A DNA stretch of 64,000 nt from Haliotis cracherodii (GCF_022045235.1 NW_027266267.1:25606001-25670000), one strand, 5' to 3'; numbered from the stretch's first letter, positions 1 through 12,337 are shown. Program-made: numbers and translations. The notes: generated by a model from the sequence alone, not told the origin.

Positions 1-916
1 TGAAAGTTGGCGCTGACCGTTGCTTAGCAACATGAACATCGGAATCATTTATTACCAAGTCGGTAACAGCAGGTCTACCAGAAGATGCTTGTCCCGTGGT
101 CTTTCCATTTCTGAAAAGATCCCAGATTCTCTTTATTCTTTTCATTTTCGACAGGTCCTGGACCTTATTATTTCTGTGTCCCAGTTTGGGAGTATCACTA
201 TTCAGCATTTCATAAGGTTTACATTGAGGGTTTGCTGAGTCTCTGAGTCCAAGCTCAGGTGCATACGTTTCATGTATAGGATCCATCTCCATATCAGCTC
301 GCGATTGCCTGGAGTGCCGTGTCCCACATTCAAACAGAGACCTGTCCGACCGATCTGTGTTGATATCGGTTAAAGCGCTGAATATATTCCTACCTGTTTC
401 CGATCCAGCCTCTTTAGTGGGTTTCACGAGGGCTGCATGGGTAAAGGTGTTGGCGTTGATTTCAGGAACCGGAAGTGCCGCTTGTCCTGATCTAGATCTT
501 CGTTCAGTTCGATTCATCAAGAATAGTTCGTTACGAATGAAGGGACCAGGCTGTTGTCCTTGCTGGCTAAACTGTTTCTCACATCTTCTCGAAAATGAAG
601 CATTCCTATTACGATGCTGCCCTATTTTTGAATCTTGTTCAAGATCGGTGACGTTTTCAAGTCCATGTAATATCTGGATTGTCTCCCTTACATCAAGGTG
701 AGGCAAGCTCCCCACAGCGTCACCTCGTTCACTGTGTGAGGGTAACAAAGGTGGCACACTCTGGTATGGAGCTTGTAGCAGTCTTTCGTCCAACTGGGGT
801 AGCGAGTATTGGGGGAACTTGCTTCGAGCTGGTATCTGGGGTATATGACCTCCAGACCTCAACGCGTGAAACTGTTCCTGCGGGAATGGCATGTTCACCT
901 CTTTGAGGGAATCCAT
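1..916 (-). CDS. Partial CDS running off the left edge (>=305 codons, MDSLKEVNMPFPQEQF...); low-complexity, no recognisable domain
   Basis: Manual translation: ATG at 916 with an in-frame stop 21 codons upstream and no stop down to position 2. Absent from the ORF track because it has no stop inside the window. Confidence 0.55.
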   Translation of the reverse strand, partial: MDSLKEVNMPFPQEQFHALRSGGHIPQIPARSKFPQYSLPQLDERLLQAPYQSVPPLLPSHSERGDAVGSLPHLDVRETIQILHGLENVTDLEQDSKIGQHRNRNASFSRRCEKQFSQQGQQPGPFIRNELFLMNRTERRSRSGQAALPVPEINANTFTHAALVKPTKEAGSETGRNIFSALTDINTDRSDRSLFECGTRHSRQSRADMEMDPIHETYAPELGLRDSANPQCKPYEMLNSDTPKLGHRNNKVQDLSKMKRIKRIWDLFRNGKTTGQASSGRPAVTDLVINDSDVHVAKQRSAPTF

Positions 917-1200
917 GTCATGTGACTTGAATTTATCTGGGGTTGTGCACTCTGTGAGGTCCTCGCGTGTCCTTTGTCATGGTTACGGAGATAGGACACT
1001 GGTAGTGATATCGGGGAAACTGTGGTCTCGTAGAATATCAATCTGAAGGCTTTCATTCGTCTAGTGTAACGGTCTGAAACACTACAAGAGCAATATGAGA
1101 AAAATGTTTGACACCATATACAATCATAGACATAGTGATTGGGTGTGGCATTGTTTGACACCGCTACATCGTGGTCCCGTGTAATAAGGGAGTAACTGGT

Positions 1201-1457
1201 TTTTTTGTTTTGTTTTGTTGTTTAACGCCGCACTCAGCAATATTCCAGCTATATGACGACGGTCTGTAAATAATCGAGACTGGACCAGACAATCCAGTGA
1301 TTAACATCATGAGCATCGATCCATGCAATTGGGATCGATGACATGCATCAACCAAGTCACCCGATCCCGTTAGTCGCCTCTTTCGACAAGCATAGTCGCC
1401 TTTTACGGGAAGCATGGGCTGCTGAAGACCTATTCTACCCCGGAATCTTCACGGGTC
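1201..1457 (-). mobile_element. SINE-like family B (non-tRNA structured head), full length
   Basis: 5' end GACCCGTGAAGAT, tail GCGGCGTTAAACAACAAAAC, exact TSD gagtaactggt (1190-1200 / 1458-1468). Confidence 0.85.
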
Positions 1458-2457
1458 GAGTAACTGGTCGACACATAATTAAAGGTAATCATCAAGCAAC
1501 CATTCCAAGCGCTGCTTTATCCCACAATGGCACACATTATTGTCGTATTGCTAGCGTCAATAGGGTTTTGTACACTGTACACATAAGTCCTAAGTGGAAG
1601 TTAAAACAGCAGTGTCACGTGCAAAAGTTATTCCATTGTGACGCATTTAGGTCACGTGTCACTATAGATCTTCCAGCCTTTGATTATCGCTCGATGGCTT
1701 TCAGCGTTGATTGTCACAGTCCAATTTATAGCAGGGGCTTTATTAATTACACTGTTGAAACTAATTGACGAATCTAAAATCGACCATTTTGATAAATTTT
1801 GACATTTCCTCCACATTTAGTGTCCTTAGAAGTCCGACATATGAATTGTGGAAAATTAAAAAATATTGATTACTTTCAAAACGATTGTACAGTATATGCT
1901 GCAAGTCTATTATTTTGATCAATATTTCTAAATAAAAACGAAAAGAAACGAAGCCTCCTTCACTATAAGAGCGTGTCCATCGTTGTGTATACAGCCAATA
2001 AGCATTTCATACGCAAGATGGCCGCCGAAAAAGCCGGGACCGATTGATGTCTTGAAAAGCATAGTAAAAAAGAGTTAAATAAGCACAAAAAATCAAATTT
2101 GAGTTACAATAAACCCAGCAAATGTCCGTTACTGTTATAGTCTTGCTTACCTAACTGTAGATGAGTGAGTGAGTTGGGTTCAACACTACCTCAAGATGTG
2201 TGGTACCTTTTTGTAATATTACAACAAGTTATTAACTATTGTTTATTCAATGAAAGGCAGTGATGATTATGACTTATGGACTAAAATAGAAAAAATGCCA
2301 ATTCATGTTGTGGAAAAAGTACCGTGAAATATGTCCTTTTAACACTTAAGTATAGTCCTAACGCGATCGCCATGGCCCTCAACTGTTGACCAAAAGATGT
2401 ACTTGTCCATCTGACGACAGAAACCACGGAAGGGTGAGGGTTAGTAACTTCAAGATC

Positions 2458-2709
2458 GACCTGTGAAGATCCGGGGTAGAATAGGTCTTCACCAACCGAT
2501 GCTTGTCGTAAAGGGCGACTAACGGGATCGGGTGGTCAGGCTCACTGACTTGGTTGATGCATGTCATCGTATCCCTGTTGCGTAGGTTGATGCTCATGAG
2601 ATCAATCACTCGATTGTCTGATCCAGACTCGATTATTCACAGACTGCGGTCATATAGCTGAAATATTGCTGAGTGCGGCGTTAAACAACAAACAAACAAA
2701 CAAGCAAAC
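2458..2709 (+). mobile_element. SINE-like family B copy
   Basis: Matches other B copies from the GACCTGTGAAGATCC head to the (CAAA)n tail. Confidence 0.85.
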
Positions 2710-2944
2710 ATTACATGCGGTGCACCGGTATAACCCCAGGTTAACATTTTGTTCATAATCAAGTAACAATATATTCACCGCAAAAGAAACTGAACAAACA
2801 TTGGACACAGGGTTTTGGTGCAGAAGCCTTTGAGCGTGAACGGGAGAATCCATTTCCACTGTACAGAGGACTGCAGCGGAATGTGACGTTGTGCACGATC
2901 AAATTTTCACCCCCTTCTGTTGTCATCGACTGCCCGGATTCATT

Positions 2945-3040
2945 CGCGACACACTCGTGTTATTCCGGGACAAGCCGAATACCGATAGGGGGAGCCGAGT
3001 CTTCTTGCAGGTTACGGAAAGGGGCGAGTGGTGACGAATG
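2945..3040. repeat. Unclassified interspersed repeat fragment, also present inverted at ~51670-51730 and ~52050-52085
   Basis: ccgagtcttcttgcaggttacggaaagggg and ccgggacaagccgaata recur as reverse complements. Confidence 0.6.
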
Positions 3041-3154
3041 TGCCCGGATTGTGCAGATACATGAGGGACCAACTGATTTTTCATAAATGTATTTAACAGT
3101 ACAAAAATACACCGATAGCTCATAATAATAATAATAATAATAATGATAATAATA

Positions 3155-3464
3155 CCAAGTTGTCTGACTCCCCATTGTTCTCGGTGCCTTGGGTTTGGTA
3201 CCTCCCAATCTGTTGACTGACATTGGGAGAGTACCCGGGGTTGCTACCAGGAATACAGCCCTTCTGACAATCTGGGTAATGCAGAAGGCTGAAGTGTTGG
3301 TGAGTCTTCACATTCTCCGAAAAGTTTTAGGTAGGTTTGACGAGGCAGCGCTTACTTGGAAAAGTCCCATTCGCTGTCTGGGCTGCATGTAGAGCGGGCA
3401 AGGGCCCTGAGCTAAAGATGAGCTTAACCAGCCTGACTGTGCCAGGATCACCCAAGATCAACCC
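3155..3464 (+). mobile_element. 5'-truncated R4/Dong-clade (restriction-like endonuclease) non-LTR retrotransposon end, inserted in (TAA)n
   Basis: Translates PIVLGALGLVPPNL...MQKAEVLVSLHILRKVL, resembling the R4/Dong C-terminus (PIVIGALG..LQKA.LLG..HILR.VL); TAA repeats on both sides. Confidence 0.7.
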
Positions 3465-3680
3465 TAATAATAATGATGATGATAATAATAATAATAAATA
3501 AGTACATTTTTCATGCGCCTCCGTATTCTAGGTGAATGCTCACTATATCTACATAAAATCAGGGGAAACTGCAGATACAAGGTCATAGATACAAGACAAA
3601 TAGATGTGGCAGTTGAAGTTAGATTTGATAAAAGAGTCTGAACAGGAAGGTCTTGAGACGGGACTGGAAAAGAGTTTCTG
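3465..3680 (-). mobile_element. L2/CR1-group LINE 3' end fragment
   Basis: Minus strand reads FQSRLKTFLFRLF*, followed by a short 3' UTR and a (TAT)n tail. Confidence 0.6.
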
Positions 3681-4681
3681 CTTCATACGAGTTTCCTTAC
3701 CAGAACCAGTGACCATACACTAATTTGAATAAATCTATTTTAGGTCTCTGTCAGAATTTGCTAAATATAACTGTAAAAAATGTGGTGAAGTTAGAACTTA
3801 CGTTTAAACTGGACGACCACGTGGAAATGACCACAAACTATCTCTCCGCGGCTTGCCCTCATTTTGCCTACACCTTATTTCGCCTACAATAATTCAAATG
3901 CTTAGTTGCCTCACCCCTGTTATATGAATGGGCATTGTCCATCTCAGGCTGTTAACTAATCCAAGCTCAGTCAGTGCAGTCAGCTGTAAATTTGTTTTGA
4001 TCAGGGTGTAGGCGAAGTGAGGACAGGCCCTCTCCACGCGTTGTGAGTGCCAACCGTTCAACCATGACTATTCAGCGCACCTGTTTCAGTTATGTTTTCA
4101 AACACGTAGTTGATAAACATAATGGAAACACGTCACCATCCAAGAAGTCGGCGATGGCCCGTATGATATTTCTAATTGAAACACCAAACACGATATTTAC
4201 AGGAGCGATCGCAAATATCCACTTCTGAGAATAACGTGATAACGGAGGGTTGGCGGAAACAAAGAGCGCGCCAGGTGTTTCCAGGGGAGGTAAGCCTGGC
4301 TAACATCTGTCAGATGGGCGCAAATATGTCTTTTGTGCCTGCGGTCGTCCTCAATAGTCTCGTTGTTAGTTAGGCAGTTGTTCTAGCGGTTAGGTCTACT
4401 TTCGCCTGCTGTGCAGTTGGCCTACAGTTATTTTGCCTACAGAAATGGTGATGTGTCGTAGTTCGCCTACACTCATATACTTTCTGTTGGTAATGGATCA
4501 GTCCCTACGTTGATGTGTAACGTGATACTAACTAAAGAATGACATATTGTCTGAATTGACTGAGTTGAGGATAAGTATTTTAAAAAGATATTAATGCATG
4601 CAAGAAGTAGTAGTTATAAGAGATTTAAAAAAAAGAAACTACACATCTTTTGAGTAGACTCCCATAATGTTAAAAAGGGTA

Positions 4682-4920
4682 TTTGTTTGTTGTTTAACGC
4701 TGCAACTAGGCAACATTCCAGCTATATGACAGCGGTCTGTAAATAATCGATTCCGGGCCAGACAATCCAGTGACTGACATCATGATCGTCGATCCACACA
4801 ATTGGGATACGATGACATGCATCAACCAAGTCAGCGAGCCTGACCACCCGACCCCGTTAGTCGCCTCGTACGACAAGCATCGGTTGCTGAAGACCTATTC
4901 TAACATGGATCTTCACGGGG
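4682..4920 (-). mobile_element. SINE-like family B copy
   Basis: Reverse complement of the B consensus. Confidence 0.8.
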
Positions 4921-6002
4921 ACTAATTATAAAGCCCTAAGGCAGAGCCCTGCATGTCGCAGGATCTTACGTAAGTATATTTACGTAATGACTGACCTTGC
5001 AGGACATTACCTCATACATCGACAATGAAAAGTCATTGTCCGGCTCCAAGCCGGTCTAAAAGTGGTAAGACTGGTCTAAGGGGACACTGACCGCTTGGTC
5101 CCCGTTAGTTCAGCACCATGACTGTGGAACATAATTATTTTACGAAAATAAAACCACAATCTATAAACGTATACAAAAGCAAGTCGAGCTAGTTCCAGCT
5201 AGCTCTATTCCACATGAAATCAGCATCGGGATTTTTAAAAACAATTTTCAAGGAGGGTAATGTGTAATATAAGATTTTATAGACTAAATGTTTGTCTAGG
5301 TTTCCCTGTGCGTTCTGTCATGTAGAATATTTGTGAGTGCGGCGTTAAACAACGCCACAAATGTTTAAGAAAAAGAAAAGAAAAAATATATAAGAAAATT
5401 CGTTCACTTGACATGCCGGGTGTTCAGAAAAACAACGCGGGTTCATTCACATGTCACGTAATCTCATAATATGGTCCTTGAAAATTCTTGAAAAATATTT
5501 ATGCTTCAGACTGCTGGAAAAAAAAAAGAAATTGCCTGGCATTACATTGTAGCAAGGTGTTTTTTTCTTTATAAAAATTCAGGCTCATAGATTAAATAGA
5601 CTTTTTTCAAAGTTGTATCTGGTTTTAAAGCTGCAGGTGAAAGGAGTTATTATCAAATCTGTATACAAAATCTCAACCCCCACATCACCCCAGAATATCG
5701 TTGTCCACTGTGTTCCGAATGCCTCACAAGCTCTGTAACTGACGCTATACACCAGTAATGATTGTTATGAAACATATGCAACTAAACGACCCGTTAAAAC
5801 CAATCTATAAGACAATTTTCCACCTACTTCACCCTGCCAACCAAGTAGAGTATAAATAACACACAGATGGACCAGAGTGTCTCGTGGTGTCTAGACTGTA
5901 GCAGTCTCTTATAATTGTAATACCACTTCTCGTTGCCACGAGACACTTTTCTTCTATTCTATACTATTCTGTATTTAGTGAATATAGATTTCTAAACAAT
6001 AG

Positions 6003-6171
6003 TGAGCGAGTGAGTGAGTATGGTTTTACGCCGCTTTTAGCAATATTCCAGCAATATCACGGTGGGGGACACCAGAAATGGGCTTCACACATTGTACCCA
6101 TGTCGGGAATCGAACCCGGGTCTTCAGCGTGACGAGCGAAAGCTTTAACCACTAGGCTACCCGACCGCCCC
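6003..6171 (-). mobile_element. tRNA-derived SINE family A (Asp-like head)
   Basis: A box TAGCCTAGTGG, B box GGTTCGATTCC, (ACTC)n tail, TSD tctaaacaatag. Confidence 0.9.
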
Positions 6172-6719
6172 TCTAAACAATAGAACTTTATTTCTGGAAA
6201 TAAACGTCAGTGTAAGCAAGACCCCTTTGTCACATGTCCTAAGACATAAAATTAATTTGTTAAAAAGCATATCGGACCATGAACTCATGTTTGTGTCGTG
6301 ATGGGAAAATTACCGAGAACCACTAACCTCATCTGTCCGGGGCAAGAGTCTCCACCTACTGGAGCCTTGTCGCGACAGACATAGAGTCAAGTGTTCACTT
6401 GGTGATAAAAGCATGAAACTTGACACACTTGTAGGTAATGACATTCCCAATATTTTCAGATATGGGACACGTGTAACACTATCCAGTATGGCCAGAGGCT
6501 GTGTAGAGGTGAGCTTATTGCGTTCATCAGAAGAAAGGGGTCAGTGACCAGTTGATGGTCATAAATCGGACAGTGTTGACAAAGAGTTTCCCGTGTACTG
6601 TACCACGAACTTGTGGCGGTCTGTAAATAATCGAGTCTCGATCAGTCAATCCAGTGATTGACATCATGAGCATCTGATGGTATATCACCAATATGATTGA
6701 AAGACTCTGACGACTCTAA

Positions 6720-7050
6720 ATAGAACTTACCATGGCCTTAGTTCAAAGATGAGAGAGTCGTGGTACCTTAAGGTATGCGACAAGAGATTAAGAAACACCT
6801 TCATTTTGTCTCATCTGGGGAAAGGAAGCCTGCTCAGAAGAGCCAGGGAGTGTGTTGTTTTGGCCTGGAATGTCTGATCAAATAAAACTGATTGCGGAAT
6901 CGCTTGTCAGACATACTGTAGAGCTCAACAGATAAAGACACTCGTACCTATTGAGGCGAACGTCCCATGGCAAATCATGGAGTTCACTTGTTCACCTGGG
7001 ATGATCGAGAATCATCTGTCGTCTAAATATGACACTGCATCTCAGATCAT
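6720..7050 (+). mobile_element. Degenerate Gypsy-type LTR retrotransposon integrase (HHCC zinc-binding region) fragment
   Basis: Frameshifted translation RVVVP*GMRQEIKKHLH/SHLGKGSLLRRARECV/WPGMSDQIK...CQTY...VPWQ/GVHLFTW. Confidence 0.7.
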
Positions 7051-7086
7051 CTCCGTCACTGCGATAAGCGTTCATTGTTAAAATAC

Positions 7087-7351
7087 GACCCGTGAAGATC
7101 CAGGGTAGAATAGGTCTTCAGCAACCCATGCTTGTTGTAAAAGGCGACTATGTTTGCGACTAACGGGATCGGGTGGTCAGGCTCGCTGAACAGGTTGATG
7201 CATGTCATCGATCCCAAATGCGTGGATCGATGCTCATGATGTCAATCACTGTATTGTCTGCTCCAGACTGGATTATTTACAGACCGCTGTCATATAGCGG
7301 GAATATTGCTGCGGGCGGCGTTAAACAACAATTGGACGAAACCAAACAAAC
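7087..7351 (+). mobile_element. SINE-like family B copy
   Basis: Starts GACCCGTGAAGATCC; tail GGCGTTAAACAAC. Confidence 0.85.
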
Positions 7352-7851
7352 GTTAAAAATGAATGTAGTTTGCAGTGAAATACATGAAGGCACTTGGGCG
7401 AGCTGATTTACAACTTTCAACCATCTTGAAAATATTTGTCTTCGTTTAATGTTTTGAATAATTTCAGCGCAAATACGACAGGCGATGGCTGTGGCCATAG
7501 TAGCGACCAGAAATGTGTCTCTGTATAATGTTGAAAATACGTGCATTTAATTATAAATATAAGATAACTACGCGAAAAATCGCAAAGAACAATAAAGGAC
7601 GAGGTTTATCTCACGATAAATCATTATTCTATCACGACGTAATTTCTGGAGATTCGAACCAAATACAATGATGTAGTAACTGAAACACGCTTCAACAAGA
7701 TAAGCATAAGTACCGATAAGTTTCCCATTGGACAACATGTATTGCAATTAAACGGGGCATTGTTTTGAAGCTACCTATCTATATAGGGTAGAGTCAGGTC
7801 CCAGACTATCATGAACTCATATATTGTATAATATAATTTAATTTGTTTTCT

Positions 7852-8102
7852 GACCCGTGAAGATCATGGGTAGAATAGGTCTCCTCAACCCATGCTTGCA
7901 GTAAAAGGCGACTAACGGGATCGGGTAGTCAGGCTCGCTGACTTGGTTGATGCATGCCATCGATCCCCATTTCGTGGATCGATCGTCATGATATCAATCA
8001 CTGGATTGTCTGGTCCAGACTCGATTATTTACAGACCGCCGTCATTTAGCTGGAATATTGCTGAGTGTATGCGGCGTTAAACAACAAACCAACCAACCAA
8101 CC
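7852..8102 (+). mobile_element. SINE-like family B copy
   Basis: Full length; TSD aatttgttttct on both sides. Confidence 0.85.
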
Positions 8103-8494
8103 AATTTGTTTTCTGAATCAGAGACGGTCTCGAGTCTAGCTGGCAGCATATGGCTCACGAATGAGCCCTCGAAGAATCAGCAGAGATTGAACAACAGGTT
8201 TACGACGAACAAACAGATTGTAAAACAGCGTGCACAATGCGATTGCGACAGACGGCGTTTGCAGAGGCCACTGAACATTGGCTGTTGGTTGTCGTCAGCT
8301 GTGTGTTGAAGAGAAGGAAAAAGACCGGAATTTGTGAACGAATATGAAGATATGAACTCAGACAGGACAACTGTGTAGACAGCGACCTTTGGTGAAAATG
8401 AGGCCATGATGCCCTCCTCAGGTACCGAACTGAAAGTAATTTTTACTTTAATTTTTTTTCAACTTTAGATCTCATTTCGTAAAAAAAGACAGCA

Positions 8495-9658
8495 ATGGGT
8501 CGTAGTTGTTGTGCGCGTAGGTTAAGACTAATATTATTCATCATAAGTGTGACAGCACTGATGGTTTGGAAATGCAAATCATTAACTTCCAATGTGAAGA
8601 GTGAGAATACTACTGAGAGCCGTAACAACGTAGGCCTTCGTGAAAGCAACATTACTACGTCTCGACAAGGTGACGTCACGATATCGCGGTATGGCGTCAT
8701 AAATACGTCATCGATAGATGACGTCGGCAAATGGTTCGACAACCATGACGTGGAGGCAGATGTGTTGTTGAATCTACATCAGTTTCAGTACAAACTTCAG
8801 TCTGATATTTGCAGCAAACATGAGCCTGACGCCATCGTCCTTGTCAGTACAGCTGCCGATCATTTCAGAGCCAGAGATTTCATCAGACAGACATGGGGGG
8901 CGGCCAAACATATTGGAAGTGTGTCGTTGTCTACTGTATTTTTCGTGGGCTTGCCTCGTAAACCCGTGGATCGCAGTAGTGAAAAAGGAATGCTTGATTT
9001 GAATGAAACGTCTACGAGACTAAATCAGCAGGATCATGGTCAAGGCCAGGTTCCACCCGAGGTTCAAAGACTTCTGGAAAGCGAGGCATCAACATATGGC
9101 GACATTGTGCAAGGTAACTTTGTCGACTCGTACTATAATTTGACCTACAAGCATATTATGGAGTTAGGATGGGTGGGGTCACTCTGTCCGAAGGTGAAGG
9201 TCATTGCGAAGATCGACGATGACATTATGTTGAATGTGTATAACCTTGCACAATTTGTCCGAAGAAATGTGGATTTGACACGCTCATTTTACTGCTTTGT
9301 GATGGAAAGGAAGCGGCCGTTTAGGCTTGTGGGAACGAAGTGGCATGTATCTGAGAAGGAGTACCCCTTTAAGGAATATCCGACATTTTGTAAAGGATTT
9401 GGTTACCTTATGTCACCGGAAGTCGCCCGAACTCTCTACGCAGCATCTCGCTTCAAGCGTTTCTATTGGATAGACGACGTATTCGTCACAGGCATACTTT
9501 CAAAGGGTATGGGACTGACGTTTCTCCCGCTAGAAAAGGAACACAGCTACAGGACAGACAACAGCAGTATCTCTGACAGGCTTTTTGTTGACATTGCTGC
9601 ACACAGTGACGGTTATTCATTATGGAACACCATTAAATCAAAAAGTCAATTATCTTAA
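8495..9658 (+). CDS. Beta-1,3-galactosyltransferase-like protein (GT31 / Galactosyl_T family), type II membrane, 387 aa, uninterrupted CDS
   Basis: N-terminal TM (LILFIISVTALMVW); motifs R..IRQTWG, E...YGDIVQGNFVDSYYNLTYK, KIDDD (DxD), YPTFCKGFGY, WIDDVFVTG; pyrimidine tract plus AG acceptor at ~8467 just before the ATG. Confidence 0.92.
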   Translation: MGRSCCARRLRLILFIISVTALMVWKCKSLTSNVKSENTTESRNNVGLRESNITTSRQGDVTISRYGVINTSSIDDVGKWFDNHDVEADVLLNLHQFQYKLQSDICSKHEPDAIVLVSTAADHFRARDFIRQTWGAAKHIGSVSLSTVFFVGLPRKPVDRSSEKGMLDLNETSTRLNQQDHGQGQVPPEVQRLLESEASTYGDIVQGNFVDSYYNLTYKHIMELGWVGSLCPKVKVIAKIDDDIMLNVYNLAQFVRRNVDLTRSFYCFVMERKRPFRLVGTKWHVSEKEYPFKEYPTFCKGFGYLMSPEVARTLYAASRFKRFYWIDDVFVTGILSKGMGLTFLPLEKEHSYRTDNSSISDRLFVDIAAHSDGYSLWNTIKSKSQLS

Positions 9659-9739
9659 AACAGTTTTTAGGATTCGTCGGTACTTGATGCCAATCCGAGA
9701 TTTGTCTAATGTCATAATATCAAATATTTTACGGTCGAC

Positions 9740-10030
9740 GGTTCGATCTCTAGCCGCGTCATACCAAAATACGTTAAAACATGGTACATGTTGATGCCGC
9801 CTTGTGCTCGACATAACGGGGCTGAATCAAGGACTGGTCGGCTCGGAAGTCGGTATACTGTGTCCGAGTCGGGTATTCATTCTATAACAACGGCCTGGCA
9901 TCTCAGCACTTTAAAACCGGTGTTAGTCCAAACCTGTATAAACAGCCACAGCCACTAAGCCACACACACGTGCATGCACGTCGCTATATAAGTGAAGTGG
10001 TCTTGAAGGCTACGTTAACCCCCTACTCTC
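9740..10030 (+). mobile_element. SINE family D (Meta/MESC-domain-like), divergent, just downstream of the GT31 stop
   Basis: GGTTCGATC B box, GTCATACCAAAA..GTTAAAA.ATGGTAC core, CGTTAACCCC tail. Confidence 0.7.
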
Positions 10031-10670
10031 TGCTTGAACATCTGATATACCCTCATTTGAATTTGTTTTAGAGACTGAATATGTTTTCGTTGACTTCTTC
10101 AGATTTTTTCAAGATATTCATTGGGTAATTATTTTGGGGGGTAAAATCAATTTTCCGAGTCTTTATTTAAAATATATTCCCAGTTCCCAAATTAGAATAT
10201 CAACTGGCTTGTTCTAGACTAACATTTATTTCCAGAAATAAAGTTATATTTTTAAAAATTAAATATGTACAAAACAAAAAAAACCCCATCGAAATGAAGC
10301 CCAGATCAATGCATAATTTCAGGAGGCAGTCTAGCCTTGCCAAATCTCTAGAGTTTGATTCATTTATCAAACTATATGCTATAGGGTGTGGGGGCCAGAC
10401 TAGACTTGACCCAGAACAGATTCATACGGAAATACCACGATATGTAGATCTCAGTAGACAAGTATATATTCAACATTCGTAATTATGCCAACATATGCTG
10501 ATATGATTATGTAGCATGTGCTCGTGCTCAATGACAGGGAGTGTCCGCATGAATGGCATGCATTGTTCACAAAGAGAGTAAATATCGAGCCGGAATGTAA
10601 TCACCAAGCTATTGAACAAGAACGTCTAGTGTATCGACTGTATCGTCAGAGGGACCCAGAAAGGTGGATG

Positions 10671-11520
10671 GGTGAGGTGAAATGGGGTTTCATGCCTCTT
10701 TCAAGATAATTTCAAGATTTTTATTAATACTATGCCAATGAGATACCATGCCGCGCGACCCTTGAAGAATCGGGGTCTTCAGTAACCCATGCTTGCTGTG
10801 AAAGGTGAGGTGAGGTTAGATGAAATGGGGTTTAACGTTGCGTCCAAGATAATTGCACTTATATAGCGACGTGCATGCACGTGTATGTGTGTGTGGCTGC
10901 TTGTACTAGTCCGGACTGATGCCGATTTATAGTGACTCCGAGCCGACCAATCCTTGTTTTAGCCCCTTAATGCCGAGCACCAGACAGGGTAACAACAAGT
11001 ACCATCTTTTAAAGTCTTATGACGCGGTTTGGGATCGAACCCCGGACCTTCCGCTCTCCGGGCGGACGTTCTACCATTAGACCGCGGAGGCGGTTGCTGT
11101 GAAAGGCGACTATGCTTGTCGTACGAGGCGACTATCGGGATCGGGTGGTCAGGCTCGCTGACTTGGTTGATGCATGTCATCGTATCCCAATTACGTGGGT
11201 CGATGCTCATGATGTCAAACACTGGATTGTCTGGTCCAGACTCGATTATTTACAGACCGCCGTCATATATTATATGCTGAGTGCGGCGTGAGAAGACACA
11301 AACAAACAAAACAAACAAACCATGCCGCGTTTTTACCTGAATACCCCGCTCAGACACAGTATAGCGACTCCGAGCCGACCAGTCCATGTTTTAGCCCCTT
11401 AATGCCGAGCGCCAGTCAGGGTAACACCATTTTAGCAGGGTACCATCTTTTAACGACTTTTGGGATCGAAATGCCGACCTTCCGCACTCCGACCAGACGC
11501 TCTTTCAAATAGACCACACA
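10671..11520. mobile_element. Nested SINE stack: old D (-; 10671-10755 + ~11320-11520) interrupted by B (+; 10757-11318), itself interrupted by a younger D (-; 10806-11094)
   Basis: TSD accatgccgcg flanks the B copy; TSD tgctgtgaaagg flanks the inner D copy. Confidence 0.8.
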
Positions 11521-11549
11521 AAGGGGGGTGTTTGTACGGGGGGTTGACG

Positions 11550-11740
11550 AACATCTAGTCTCTGAAATGAACATATCGTACAGAAAAAACAGTTGTTCAG
11601 TTATCTTAATAAAAATATAATAAAAGGGAGCCAAGTGACTCTCTTCATTATACTGGAGTAATCTAGACTTGCCAAACATTATAGACTTGCATGGGCTGTA
11701 TTTGATATATATTTGTATCAGGGTCTGTAAGACAGACTAT
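11550..11740. repeat. Unclassified interspersed repeat with a near-identical copy at ~49812-50008
   Basis: aacatctagtctctgaaatgaacatatcg...gggtctgtaagacagacta present at both sites. Confidence 0.7.
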
Positions 11741-12161
11741 ACGGGGGGCTGATGGCGATTATAACTTCCACCAGCATTTTCAAGAAATATTATAATTATT
11801 GTTTAAATATTTAAATACTAGTATAACATTGATTTTGTCTCGATAGACATTTCTTACACGAAGGAGTGGCATTAACTGTGTGTAGGCATCGAGCGATCTT
11901 TTCGAGCGCTGCTTATCCTGTTATTTCTAAGCGTCAGGGGTTTTAACACTACTACTCGCAGCATGCGCAGAAAGCGAATTCCACGGTGGTGTAATTACGT
12001 CACGTGTTACTACAGGTCTTCCAGTCTTTGCGTATCGTTCGATAGCATCCTTTAAATGGACTCCCCTAAAATTAAAGACACCGATGCAAGGCTAGATGAG
12101 ACAGCCGAATATGGAGAAACGTCCAATTTTCAGCTCCCCGGTGTTCCTGTAATTGGTATTA

Positions 12162-12337
12162 CAGTAAACTACGGTTATAGCGAACACGCTTATAACGAAC
12201 TGACGGATATAACGAACTTACTTATTTGGTCCCGACTATTTGCTGTAGTTATTCTGTATATATGCTTATAACGAACTACGGTTATAACGAACTAAAATTA
12301 GTAGTCCCCATGAGTTCGTTATAACCGTAGTTTACTG
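12162..12337. mobile_element. Tc1/mariner(pogo/Tigger)-type MITE
   Basis: TIR cagtaaactacggttata.cgaac / gttcgttataaccgtagtttactg, with TA at both ends. Confidence 0.85.

Noticed and set aside
2014-2026. YY1-type motif CAAGATGGCCGCC (also CAAAATGGCGCC on the minus strand at 52763-52774) as promoters
   Set aside because: Cannot be tied to a specific transcript from sequence alone, and such motifs are common in DNA transposon remnants
6100-6171. tRNA genes (Asp-, Leu- or other tRNA-like sequences with A/B boxes throughout the window)
   Set aside because: No closing acceptor stem; each continues into a SINE body and tail, often with TSDs
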